A DNA stretch of 64,000 bases, taken from the NCBI GenBank assembly GCA_964187785.1, contig OZ076409.1:55988001-56052000 (forward strand), given 5' to 3'. The translations under genes and the position numbers were made by a program. The stretch is from Amphiscolops sp. MND2022 (taxonomy: Eukaryota). Shown piece after piece: positions 24,878-37,459 of the stretch (positions are counted from its first letter, which is position 1; each line of letters begins with the position of its first letter). Under the pieces are notes generated by a model. That model made no database searches and had not been told where the DNA came from. It worked only from the letters and a program-made list of their open reading frames with translations.

Positions 24878-26526
24878 AACAAGCCGGGACCGGCCCAAGT
24901 CGGCGCCATATCCAAGGCTCAAAAATAGCAAAAAGACTTCCAAGTGTCAAGTACTCTTTTACAGTACTCGAAAATCGAAATTTTTTGAAAAAAATTTTTC
25001 GAAAAAATTACATACTCAAAAAAATGGACCGAGTGGCGCGCCGGGGCTCGCTAGCGCGAGCCCCTGGCGCGCTAAAGTCTCACAATGCCAAAAAACTGAA
25101 AGGGTGGACCCTTTGAGGTTTTTCAACATCCATTCTGTCGCAAAACATGAAAAAATTGAAGAAAACAAAAATTTTCATTTTCGGGAAAAAATCTCACAAT
25201 GCCGAAAAAACTGAAAGGTGGGACTCTTTGGGATTTTTCAACATCCATTCTGTCGCAAAACATGAAAAAATTGAAGAAAACAAAAATTTTCATTTTCGGG
25301 AAAAAATCTCACAATGCCGAAAAAACTGAAAGGGGGACTCTTTGGGATTTTTCAACATCCATTCTGTCGCAAAACATCAAAAACCAGAGCCGCATATGCG
25401 GTAAAGGAGTCGGCTTAAGTCTTTTTCCTTCTGACTCGCTTTCGTTCGAATCGTATGAACAGTTTGTGAAAAAATCGAAAAAATCAAAAAATGACTGTTT
25501 TTTTGGCCATTTTTGGGCTAAATTTGGCTATGTTTCTCACATCTCAGCCATACGAATTTAATGAAATTGCACATAAAGGACCATAATATGGTGTAGAATG
25601 ACTGTAGAAAATTTCGTTCGAATCGTATGGACAGTTTTTGAGAAAATCGAAAAAAAATCGAAAAATGACTGTTTTTTGGCCATTTTTGGGCTAATTTTGG
25701 CTATGTTTCTCACATCCCAGCCATACGATTTTGATGCCACTGCACATATAGGACTCTAATATGGTGTATAATGACTGTAGAAAATTTCATTCGAATCGTA
25801 TGGACAGTTTTTGAGAAAATCGAAAAAAGTCGAAAAATGGCTGTTTTTTGGCCATTTTTGGGCTAATTTTGGCTATGTTTCTCACATCCCAGCCATACGA
25901 ATTTGATGCCATTGCACATATAGGACTCTAAAATGGTGTAGAATAACTGTAGAAAATTTCGTTCGAATCGTATGGACAGTTTTTGAGAAAATCGAAAAAA
26001 GTCGAAAAATGGCTGTTTTTTGGCCATTTTTGGGCTAATTTTGGCTATGTTTCTCACATCCAGGCCATACGATTTTGATGCCTTTGCACACGCAGGGGCC
26101 CCTTTGGGTGTAGAATGACTGTGCAAAATTTCGTGAAAATCGCATGGACAGTTTTTGAGAAATTTGAAATTTTCATGAAAAGGTCGGGAGAAAAAAAAAC
26201 AGCACGATTGCATAAGTAGTCGAAAATTTTTTCCGACTCCTAAAAATGCAGGGGGCACCCTTTGGGGAAAAATTTTTTTTCGAAAAAAAAGTCTCGCAGT
26301 GCCGAAAAATATGAAAGGGGGGAGTCTTTGGTCTCGCCCGGTATGGTATGTTACGCGGAAAAACAGGAAAAACCTTTTTGGTTCAGTTCGCTAGACCAAA
26401 TAGTGCATTTTGATGCAATAATATTTTGTAGAACTTTTGTAGAACTATTTTGGTCAGTTCGTGTGGATAGAAAAAAAAGAGTCACTATAATAGTCGCGTT
26501 TCACTTCATGAAGCGCCGACTAAAAA
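24878..26526 (-). mobile_element. HINE family A, full copy with internal ~116-bp module repeats and nested inserts
   Basis: aacaagccgggaccggcccaagtcggcgcc ... gaagcgccgactaaaaa; module tctcacaatgccgaaaaaactgaaagg...catccattctgtcgcaaaacat repeated about 3 times (25077-25380). Confidence 0.8.
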
Positions 26527-29474
26527 GACTAAAGTCGCATTAGATCAATAAAGATTTTGTCCACAAATTACTAATTAGAAAGTTAAGCGAGATGGAAGTT
26601 CCACCTGAAGGCTCCAGGAAAGCACAATAGGAACTTATTGACCTATCATGTCAGTACCTCGAATGGTTTCGGAAATATTAGCAGCCAACGGGCTGGAAAT
26701 GGGATTTCAAACTCAACCGACAAATATTCTCACGAAATAAAACTATGATGGAGCCTGCTCGGGTTCAACACTCGAGCACTAGAACATGGACCATTGCCTC
26801 AAAAATCCTTCGGAGGAAGAAGTTTACTGCACGAGAAGGCCCGGTTGTGCATTAGGAAAAAGTATTTACCGATAATATCAGTAGCTCGAAGTTACGAAAA
26901 TGTAGTAGCCAACTGTTTAGAAATTGGTGATCAGATTCGACCTATCAAGTTTTCTACCGGGAAAAGTATATGTTGGAACATCGGTCGACAAAACTGTTTC
27001 TACTGGATGGTAGTCCAGAGTCGTATCAATTTTTTTTTGAAAAAAATGCAAAACGCGGAGACGAGTTTGAAATAATAGACGAATTAAAAAAAAACGAGAA
27101 CGTCAAATAAGAGCTCAAAATTGAAAAAGTTGGACAATCTCACAAAGTGAACTTTGCCTCTGAAAATCGAATGGCAATAGGCTTCGCTTCGCCTAAAAAT
27201 ACCCTGGAAATTCGAATGAAATAAACCCAACTATCGCGTTAAATTGATTTTTGAACGTGTATAAAAAGATTTATAGAAACCCTAATTGCAATTCCCATAT
27301 TTTTTAAATCGATATGCGAAGTACTTTTCTTGAGTATCCGGCCAATAAGATTCATTACATTACTGTAGAAGGAAGAGTTATTAGCAGCACTGTACCTGAT
27401 GTAATTGCACAAGACAACATCCATTCTGTCGCAAAACATCAAAAACCAGAGCCGCATATGCGGTAAAGGAGTCGGCTTAAGTCTTTTTCCTTCTGACTCG
27501 CTTTCGTTCGAATCGTATGAACAGTTTGTGAAAAAATCGAAAAAATCAAAAAATGACTGTTTTTTTGGCCATTTTTGGGCTAAATTTGGCTATGTTTCTC
27601 ACATCTCAGCCATACGAATTTAATGAAATTGCACATAAAGGACCATAATATGGTGTAGAATGACTGTAGAAAATTTCGTTCGAATCGTATGGACAGTTTT
27701 TGAGAAAATCGAAAAAAATCGAAAAATGACTGTTTTTTGGCCATTTTTGGGCTAATTTTGGCTATGTTTCTCACATCCCAGCCATACGATTTTGATGCCA
27801 CTGCACATATAGGACTCTAATATGGTGTATAATGACTGTAGAAAATTTCATTCGAATCGTATGGACAGTTTTTGAGAAAATCGAAAAAAGTCGAAAAATG
27901 GCTGTTTTTTGGCCATTTTTGGGCTAATTTTGGCTATGTTTCTCACATCCCAGCCATACGATTTTGATGCCATTGCACATATAGGACTCTAAAATGGTGT
28001 AGAATAACTGTAGAAAATTTCGTTCGAATCGTATGGACAGTTTTTGAGAAAATCGAAAAAAGTCGAAAAATGGCTGTTTTTTGGCCATTTTTGGGCTAAT
28101 TTTGGCTATGTTTCTCACATCCAGGCCATACGATTTTGATGCCTTTGCACACGCAGGGGCCCCTTTGGGTGTAGAATGACTGTGCAAAATTTCGTGAAAA
28201 TCGCATGGACAGTTTTTGAGAAATTTGAAATTTTCATGAAAAGGTCGGGAGAAAAAAAAACAGCACGATTGCATAAGTAGTCGAAAATTTTTTCCGACTC
28301 CTAAAAATGCAGGGGGGACCCTTTGGGGAAAAATTTTTTTCGAAAAAAAAGTCTCGCAGTGCCGAAAAATATGAAAGGGGGGAGTCTTTGGTCTCGCCCG
28401 GTATGGTATGTTACGCGGAAAAACAGGAAAAACCTTTTTGGTTCAGTTCGCTAGACCAAATAGTGCATTTTGATGCAATAATATTTTGTAGAACTTTTGT
28501 AGAACTATTTTGGTCAGTTCGTGTGGATAGAAAAAAAAGAGTCACTATAATAGTCGCGTTTCACTTCATGAAGCGCCGACTAAAAAGACTAAAGTCGCAT
28601 TAGATCAATAAAGATTTTGTCCACAAATTACTAATTAGAAAGTTAAGCGAGATGGAAGTTCCACCTGAAGGCTCCAGGAAAGCACAATAGGAACTTATTG
28701 ACCTATCATGTCAGTACCTCGAATGGTTTCGGAAATATTAGCAGCCAACGGGCTGGAAATGGGATTTCAAACTCAACCGACAAATATTCTCACGAAATAA
28801 AACTATGATGGAGCCTGCTCGGGTTCAACACTCGAGCACTAGAACATGGACCATTGCCTCAAAAATCCTTCGGAGGAAGAAGTTTACTGCACGAGAAGGC
28901 CCGGTTGTGCATTAGGAAAAAGTATTTACCGATAATATCAGTAGCTCGAAGTTACGAAAATGTAGTAGCCAACTGTTTAGAAATTGGTGATCAGATTCGA
29001 CCTATCAAGTTTTCTACCGGGAAAAGTATATGTTGGAACATCGGTCGACAAAACTGTTTCTACTGGATGGTAGTCCAGAGTCGTATCAATTTTTTTTGAA
29101 AAAAATGCAAAACGCGGAGACGAGTTTGAAATAATAGACGAATTAAAAAAAAACGAGAACGTCAAATAAGAGCTCAAAATTGAAAAAGTTGGACAATCTC
29201 ACAAAGTGAACTTTGCCTCTGAAAATCGAATGGCAATAGGCTTCGCTTCGCCTAAAAATACCCTGGAAATTCGAATGAAATAAACCCAACTATCGCGTTA
29301 AATTGATTTTTGAACGTGTATAAAAAGATTTATAGAAACCCTAATTGCAATTCCCATATTTTTTAAATCGATATGCGAAGTACTTTTCTTGAGTATCCGG
29401 CCAATAAGATTCATTACATTACTGTAGAAGGAAGAGTTATTAGCAGCACTGTACCTGATGTAATTGCACAAGAC
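25353..29474. repeat. Tandem duplication, 2 x ~2060 bp, near identical
   Basis: 25353-27414 repeated at 27415-29474; differences mostly homopolymer length plus a few substitutions. Confidence 0.95.
25381..26246 (-). mobile_element. HINE family B carrying a 172-bp tandem array (second copy 27443-28307)
   Basis: Sub-TIR aggagtcgg (25405-25413) / ccgactcct (26233-26241); palindrome ccgcatatgcgg (25390-25401) outside the 3' sub-TIR; inserted in an A/T run; unit marker cgaatcgtatg at 25447, 25619, 25792, 25964, degenerate near 26136. Confidence 0.75.
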
Positions 29475-30168
29475 TCAAACTACATTCGCTATTAACGGTT
29501 CAACTAAAACTGTGAAACGCAAGCGCACAAATTCTAGAGGCAACAACTCGTGAAATGTCTCACAATACAGCGAATGCTACATTGCAGAACAAAGTCTCGG
29601 TATATTTTTGGAAATTTGTCTAATATGAAGCCATGCTCATTTTGTCTCTAAATGCATTGAATTTTAACTGCCATTGTTCCTTCCAACGTTATTCACCTCT
29701 CCCATTATACACAGCGAAGGCGTGAATATATTATGCGCATAAATAAAAGCATACGCAAGGATCATTTCAGCTCAACTAAAAAAATTGCAATTTTAGAAAC
29801 GTCTCCAAGAGTAGTTTTCTCAACGAAAAATATTCTATAACTAGAGCTCAAAGTAATTTTCAGTTTGTGTAAGTGCATTTCACTGCCTTTTACATGAACG
29901 GAAAAACCATGGCTCGCTGAAACTTAGTACCTTAAGTTTTTGGGTGAGTAAAGCGGAAACGTAGCAAAGTCAACTGTCCTTCAAACTTGCATAGGCGGAT
30001 TCCATTCCTCCCAAGTATTTTTTTCAACAATTACCGATTATCAGTTGAGAAAAAGTACACCGGTTTTTAATGAAGTATTTTGTATTAACGTAACATAACT
30101 AAGTCATCGTCTTCAGCACTTATTAAAATCACGTTTGTTTCACGTTTGCAAAGCACCTCAGCCTTGTA

Positions 30169-30671
30169 TTTTTAGTCGGCGCTTTTCTTAAGAAAAGAGC
30201 CCGACTATTACAGTCACTCGTTTTTTTTTTTTATTTTTTTATTTAAGACAGACTCGAAGCGACGAACGTTAAAATTAACGTTCAACTACTAAATAAGTAC
30301 TAAACTACTGGACCGCTAAAGGCAAACGGGGAGCGCATTCATTTACTTTTCAAACGTTACATACAAGCCCGGACGGGACTAAAGTTTCGTACCCCCCCCC
30401 CCCCTTTCGATTTTTTTCGGCGCTGTGAGACTTTTTTTCGAATTTTTTTTTAATGTCCCCAAAAGGTCCCCCCTTTGAGTTTTTTGTTATTTTGCTACAG
30501 AATGCGTGTTTATAAATCAAAAAGGGCCCCCCTTTTACATTTTTCGGCACTGTGCGACATTTTCCGAAAGAAATTTTTTTTCGAAAATTTCAAGTTTTTT
30601 TCCAAAAAAAAAAAGTTTTGCGCTTTTTGAGCCTTAGATATAGCGCCGACTTGAGGCGTTCTCGTCTTGTT
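30169..30671 (+). mobile_element. HINE family A, full copy
   Basis: tttttagtcggcgcttttcttaagaaaagagcccgact ... gcgccgacttgaggcgttctcgtcttgtt. Confidence 0.8.
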
Positions 30672-30703
30672 ACTCTTTATGTCTGACAGGCCAATAACAG
30701 GTC

Positions 30704-31205
30704 GATAACTGCTAGGCCAAGTGGCAGTGAGAACTTGCTCGAAAAATATTTTGTTGTACTATTTTTGATAGTTCAGGTGTGTCGAAAAAAACTGACGAAA
30801 AGCCATGACTACAGTCGTTCTTTTTTAACGAAAAGCGCCGACTAAAAATATTCATTTTGAGAAATATCACAATCCCGAAAAGTGTAAAATAGGGGACACT
30901 GAGGGATTTTTGAACTCCAATTTCAAACATCCAACAAAAAACTAACCGCTATAAGAGTCGGGAACATTTGTCAAAATCGCCGACTTAAAACAGGCTCTAA
31001 GGTGCTAAGCACAAGGCTTGCGAAGAATACTAGTCTGACACGAAATACATTCAGGATAAAAATTATTTGAGAAGGAAATTAGGAAGTTTGCTAATGTAAA
31101 ACAGTATCGGAGTATAACGTAGACCAACAGGGCAACTGTAAAGTTGAAATTTGAAGTTCACTTGCAGAAAACTAGATTTGTGAGAAATACTCATCTTAAG
31201 GAAAA
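30704..31205. repeat. Dispersed direct duplicate of 23601-24078 (two HINE 5' ends plus ~210 bp of flank)
   Basis: Near-identical text including caggctctaaggtgctaagcacaaggcttgcgaag...gtgagaaatactcatc. Confidence 0.85.
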
Positions 31206-31397
31206 AACACTCGTGCATTTATTGCCACTTTTCAACATTCATTTCTCGACAACAGTCAAAAGTTTCCGCCATTTTGATGTTGAAGAAAAAATAGAATGAA
31301 TATTCCCCACTTTTTTCGCAGCAAACGTTCACTTTGCTTTTCGTCGTACTCATTGCCCAATTTTGAAAAGTCTTATCACTTACAGTTGAGGATAACG

Positions 31398-31480
31398 TCC
31401 GGTCCGGCCGGTATCTGGCTTAATTTTGTCTGGTCCGGTTGTCCGGCCGAACGGAAATTTTCCTGTCCGGTGCACCTCTA
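31398..31480. mobile_element. Solo hAT-like terminus with ccgg subterminal repeats
   Basis: Ends ...tccggtgcacctcta (reverse complement TAGAGGTGCACCGG); six tccgg/gccgg motifs; partner end not found. Confidence 0.45.
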
Positions 31481-33719
31481 ATCAAGATATAAAATGAAAT
31501 GGAAAAGTGGAAAACAAGTAGATACATACGAAAAGAAAAAAAAACAGGAATTAGATGTAAATTGTTACAAAATTGTAGAATGTTTGTTTATTTGATTCAC
31601 GGAAACCTTTGATGATAGCAGAATTTAGAGTCCTTTTTGTTTTTCCGTTTCTACAATTCTCGTTTCTACAAGGTGATTCGGTTTTGTGTTACACTATTGT
31701 AACTATCAGATGACTTCAGAGGTTCAGACTCGCATTTGTTAAGGGTTTCGTAAAACGAAGACCGAGTTCGTGATAAACAAGTTTTCTCATTGTAATTTGA
31801 GTCATCTCGTCCCAAAGTTCCAAAGCTAAGGGATTAGCATTTCAATTTCGGAGCATTCAATACCAATCTATGTACAGTAGCATTTCAAAACTGAACAGTT
31901 TACCCACACAAAACTCAAATTGGCATCCAGTTTTTGAAAATCTTTTTGTGACAAATTTTTTGAGAAAAATTTCTGGAAAGGGCCTAGTTTATCATAATCC
32001 TTGTTCGGAACTATTTTTAGTGTAATTTTATTCGAAATTGAGCTTACTTAGACTTTAGATTATGTTACTGAATCTTCTGATGAATTCTGGGCTCAGATAC
32101 TATTCGATATACAGTTACATAAAATGGGAACACAGTTAAAATGGACTTACTTCAGTCGATCGGCAATTATAAGTTGGGTAAGGAAATCTTCAGCTGCCGC
32201 CAAATGAGGTGTTATTTCTCAGTGAGAAGAGATAGGTAGTGTTTTAAAAATCATCAGATGAATTTATTACGGGAATAAGCGAATGATATATATCTATCTG
32301 AAAAAAAACAAGTTACATTTGAGTTGGAATTTTGAAGTAAATTATTATATAGAGACAAAGTAGAATGAAGATATTCAACCATTTCTTGGGAAAGCCGTAT
32401 TTGTTGAAAAATAGCCGCACTGGGTGATTAGCCTGAGTTCGAGCTCACTGAAAAATAAAAGCCGCATCTAAATTGCAGAAAAAACTCAATTGTATCATGC
32501 AATTTTGCACCAAAACGAAACTGCAATATTTGCCAATTAAATTAAAGTTTCCCATATGAAGCTGATCCAAGTACGTGTCCAACTTAACTTCAGGAGATTG
32601 CTTTATCAAATGGGTAAATTTAAAAATGAAAAAGGCCTCGAAAATGGAGTCATTGGCTTTTATAAATGCAGTATACGCACAGAAAACTCGTGCACTTCTG
32701 AGAAAAACTAGACATTATAAAAAATTTCTTGGCTGGCGAAAAATAATACTGAATAGTGAATAGACAATTTTATTTGATAAAAATTCAACTGCTTGAACTG
32801 CAATAGAGTACGAATATGGCAACACTTTGACGCAAGAACTATTTGAAGTGATGAAACGAGAGCATTAAAACCAAGCCGGAGTATTCCAAATCAATGGTTT
32901 TGAATAAGACAAAAACTTGAGGCTTTTGTATGACTACCAAATCATGAAAATTAGTTAATTTAGTCAAATGAAGCAGTATTTATATTCGAAAGGAAAACTT
33001 TTAGTAGCCAGATACACGACTTGTTAAGGTTAAATTAATTTATCTGGTGCCACAACGTGTAAAATTAATAAAGCCGCGCCAGAAAGGACGAGGAAGGAGC
33101 TTTTCGGTTCTTCTGAAGTCCACGCCTTGAGAACCAACATGCGCTAGCCATTGCTTGTGGCTATTTGCACGAGTTGGAGGAGCGTTCATTTAAATGCAAC
33201 ACGGAATTCAAACTCACAAAGAGCCCAAAAGCAACAGCTAAACTTCGAATCTGAAACATTCGTGAATCGTTTCAAAAACAACAATCCAAAGACCGGCATA
33301 ATACAGCTATCTGGTTGGCATTTTACACACGTTTGATGCAAAATTGAGTGTCCGCAATGCTCCTTCCGAGATTGAACTTTTTAAGTTAGAAAGCTGGGCG
33401 TAAAAATGAAAGCTTTTATTGAAGTTCCGTTATTGTACAAAGAAAAACGGTAATTAGAACGGACATGTAAAATCATTCAGATTAAATGTATGACGGTTTT
33501 TGGGTCTGTTATAACAGTAAGTTCGACAGTTGAAAACAAGAGTGGTATGGATTATCTTCGGCGGCATTGCATTCGCATAGGGATGAGTATCTTTTACTCA
33601 ATTTCCACATTTGATGATCTTTGGGGCGAGCTTCCAAATTAAAATTTAGATTCCATTAACGTTGTATGGATTACCGAAAACCAAGGGGCTAGTAAAATTG
33701 ATGAAATTTGCTATGGTAT

Positions 33720-34130
33720 GTCAAACATATTTAAGGCTTTCACTTCGTTCGTTGGTGTTGTACCTAGCGTATCTATCTAGAGAACTTTGAAGGAACTTTG
33801 CTGTGGTGATCGCTCCAAACAAGTCCAATAGAGCAACTCCCAGAAAAGTTTCGCAGCAAGCGATCGGTGGTAAAAGAATTCCTGAATATGGATTGGAAAA
33901 TGAAGCAAAGAGCACCTAGGGCAAAATTACAGTTTTGAACAGATACACAAAAGTCGGTATGCTGAATCGCCGCCGATCAGTAAATTTGCTTCCTATGGTG
34001 TTCCGATTTTGTCGGGCTTTGGCTGTGACGGTGCCCTAATGTTCTCTGTAACTCAGCTTGTTGTTAATTATCCATCCGATAGATTCGGTGGTGGCCAAGA
34101 GTCTGCAGGTGCCAGAGTTTATTTTCGGTT
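33720..34130 (-). pseudogene. Decayed non-LTR (LINE) ORF2 remnant, region just after the RT core
   Basis: SIGWIINNKLSYREH*GTVTAKAR...TFVYLFKTVILP*VLFAS resembles the LINE pattern LGxxxDxKLSFxxHI...KA...LYKTxxxPxLxYAS. Confidence 0.5.
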
Positions 34131-35514
34131 GAGCAACTTCACTCTGTTCGCAACTCAAGAGAACTAGTTCGGGTAGTTCGTTTGCTGAGACATTAGCAAC
34201 CATTCGCCAGGGGCTAGGCCAAGTATCCGTATCCAGATTGCTACGATAAAAGGTGTTGATTCGGAGCGTTCATAACGGATATAACAGCACGCGATTGGAA
34301 ATATGTAGATTTACTGCGAACGCACTATAATTTGGTGTTTTAAATAATTTGAACAATGTTATGACGAGAGAACCTCTTTAAAAATATTGCGTTCAACACA
34401 ATTCAAGGCTCAAATAGGAACAAGAATAGAAACATGATGTCATCATAACGTAACCGCCTATCATTGTCTCTCTATTACAACATAATGTCGCAAATGGTAC
34501 ATAATGTCACTGGTACAATGGTATACATGCGAAACTTACAAGTAGCAACAGCTTCCATTCAATAGCTATCAATATTCAACATTATGAGGAAGAATGTAAG
34601 TTTCCATCATGAGAATCAAAATGGAGAATTTCAGCGATTTTGAATGCAAGAAAAAGGATCTTGGTCACTTAAAAGACGGCATACATTGACCCAAAGCGGA
34701 CTCATCAAAAATCTTATTATATTTCTATCAATCACAATCATTCAATGAGAGGCCAAGCAAACAGTTTTTGAAGAATGAATCATAAGCACTGATCTGTCTA
34801 ACAACATACAGCTTAAAATACTGAGATACGTATAAACTGGAACTTCAAATAGAAGCTTTACGGATGATTTTGTACCAATAGAAGTCCGCTGTCTTGATAT
34901 TTAATTTTTTTTTCGATGGAGCTTTCATTGCTTTTCATGGCCTCATTCATCAATTCTGAACTTGAAACAAGATTTTTTAAAACATTAAAAAATTGATTAG
35001 GTTTTGAATTGCACCAGATTCAATATTTGAAAAAATTACCAGGGAGCAATTTTTGTCGTTAAGTTGTTAATTCCGTCATGCAGCCGAAAAAATTGGAAAC
35101 TAGAAAAATCAAAATTGCATAAAAAACTTCATACAAAAATTTTTCACTTTGGCACTTTTCAATTCACTATTTATTCAGAAAAGTTCACATACCTACATAA
35201 ACACATATGCTACGTATACGTATACCTTTTCTTTGACATTAAGTTTTGTGGTCGGTCCTTCTTTGGTACCAATTCAGGTGGTACCAATCGCCAAAAATTG
35301 CTGAGTAAATATAGAGTAGCTTACGCTGACCAGAATAAAAAAGTTGTGTTGATTGACTCATTTCACACCGGCCTATGCTCCAAGAGCAGGCAATCGGGCG
35401 AAGACACATGAATTTTTCACTAAGAACAAAAAGCATTAGGAGCGGAATCAAAACCCATGAAATTTGATTTGGTGACTTATGGTTCATTTTGAAAGTATTC
35501 GTTCGATAAACGAA

Positions 35515-36760
35515 CAACAAAGCGGGAACAGCCCAAGTCGGTGCCTCGAAATTGTTTTTTTTTCCAAAATTGTTTTTTTTCCGAAATTGTTTTTTTTCTT
35601 CCGAAAATTTTAAGGAAAAAAGTCTCATAGTGCCGAGAAAGCTTTCAACTCGCCATACGCTTTTTTTCAGGCCGAAAACATTCATGATAGTAAAGAAGGT
35701 ACCCTTTGAAAATTCACAATTTTATGAAGTCGCACAGTGCAGAAAAACTGTAGGTCAATTCCATATTTATTGAAAAAGCTCACATCAGTTCCACCAGACC
35801 AAAAAACGAACAAAGAAGTCGCCCTTAGAAAACCTCAAAACACTAAAAAAAAACGAGAAAAAAGTTTCAGAAAAAGTTTTCCACGAAAGATTTTTAAACA
35901 TTCGGTAAGACGCATTGTGTCGAAAAAATATAAAATGCTCGCTGAACGTGCTCATCCTCTGTGCTCACAAAACGTTTTGTTTCTGCTAAAAATCGAGGAA
36001 GCGGATTTGAGTAAAAATCATGAAATATCGCATGGTGTCTAGCAGCAAGCTCAGAGGGGGAACCTTTGGTCTCCCCTCTACTTTTGCAAGCATAGAATTA
36101 GGTTTAGTACGAGAATTTATCTCACGTGCTCGTGCCTCATATACCTCACCAAAAGGACAGGAAATCGACATTAACCACTAAGCCAAGTGGCACCGAGAGT
36201 AACTAACCTATATACTAACTAACTCGAAATGCTCACAGATGTGTTTATAGAAATCGGTCAATTCAATTGTCTTAAAGCCACTGCTATAGAATTGATGAAC
36301 GATATTAGAAATCATAAAGCTATACAAGCCGGGAACGGCCCAAGTCGGCGCCCGCTCTAGATTCAAAAAGAGCAAAGTTTTTCATTTATGCAAAGGAACA
36401 CAATTGGGAAAATTTAATCACATTAACAGTGCCAAAAAATACCTGACGAGATACCGACAATACTCGAAAAGTGGCTTTTTCCCAACTCGGACCATAAAAA
36501 ACCCCATTTTTTTCGGAGAAAGTCTCAGTGCTAAAAAACAATCTTTCAACTCGCAAAATTACTTTTGCCCAGCCAAAATCTGTTATGAAAGTGAGAGGGG
36601 TTCCCTTTGACCAAAAGTTTTTTGGACAAAAAAAAACTCGCACAGAGTCGGAAAAAAAACGGTCTTGTCCACAATCATTAAAAAACGCATCAGTTTCACA
36701 GGATCAAAAATGAACAAAGAGGTCAACCTCAAGATTCGGGAAACTATTTTCCTTTACAGA
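35515..36760 (-). mobile_element. Two HINE family A 3' portions (from ~35515 and ~36325)
   Basis: aagcgggaacagcccaagtcggtgc and acaagccgggaacggcccaagtcggcgccc, each followed by family modules. Confidence 0.65.
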
Positions 36761-37161
36761 AAATAGGCCCCTGCGGGGAACACTATTATTTCCGCTTTTA
36801 GGCTCTCATCTTCAAAAATAGAAGCATATCGCAATCATTTATACAGCGCACAATTAATCACTCTACCAGTTTACACCGCCTTTAATTCTTCTCGGACTAC
36901 TAATACAATATAACTACTAAGCGTAGATGAAGTTCCGCATTCGCATTTGAATGCAGGCGAAGCTCTCGGCGAACTAATAATTAACACTCGTTCGCTTCAT
37001 CTCAATAACTCGACGTACGAAAACATAACTACGAATATTCGCTCGCTTCATCTCAATGAATTCGGCGTACGAATGTATAATTGTATAATAACCACTCGCT
37101 CGTTCCATCGCACGAGAAACGAATTGTTGTCGGCAGCTTGAGAAATTTAAATCTCACGCTT
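36760..37161 (-). mobile_element. Helentron-like family C, 3' portion
   Basis: aaaataggcccctgcgggga...tatttccgcttt; interior matches 3025-3265. Confidence 0.7.
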
Positions 37162-37459
37162 ATTCTTCTCTTTCTGCTCCTTCTGAACTTCATTCTGCTC
37201 TTTCGACGACAGCGCCCACTATAAAACGCGACTAGTATAGTGGCTTTTCGTCAATTATTTCCAATCCACAAAAAATGATCAAAATATTTCTTCAGAAGTT
37301 CTACAAACTCTGGAAATGTACCATTTGGCCAAGCGAACTCAACTAAATTAATGATCATTTCTGATATTGCGCAACAATCCGAAATATTTGTATATTGCGC
37401 AGTATCCGAAATTCAGCCGTTATATCCGCAGAAATTATCCGCTATGTGGGAACTTTTGA

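Noticed and set aside
25440..28235. 172-bp arrays as a CRISPR array
   Set aside because: Whole units repeat with no unique spacers; eukaryotic context; no cas genes.
25147..29177. Many paired short ORFs
   Set aside because: Chance frames in HINE modules, the 172-bp array and the 2-kb duplication.
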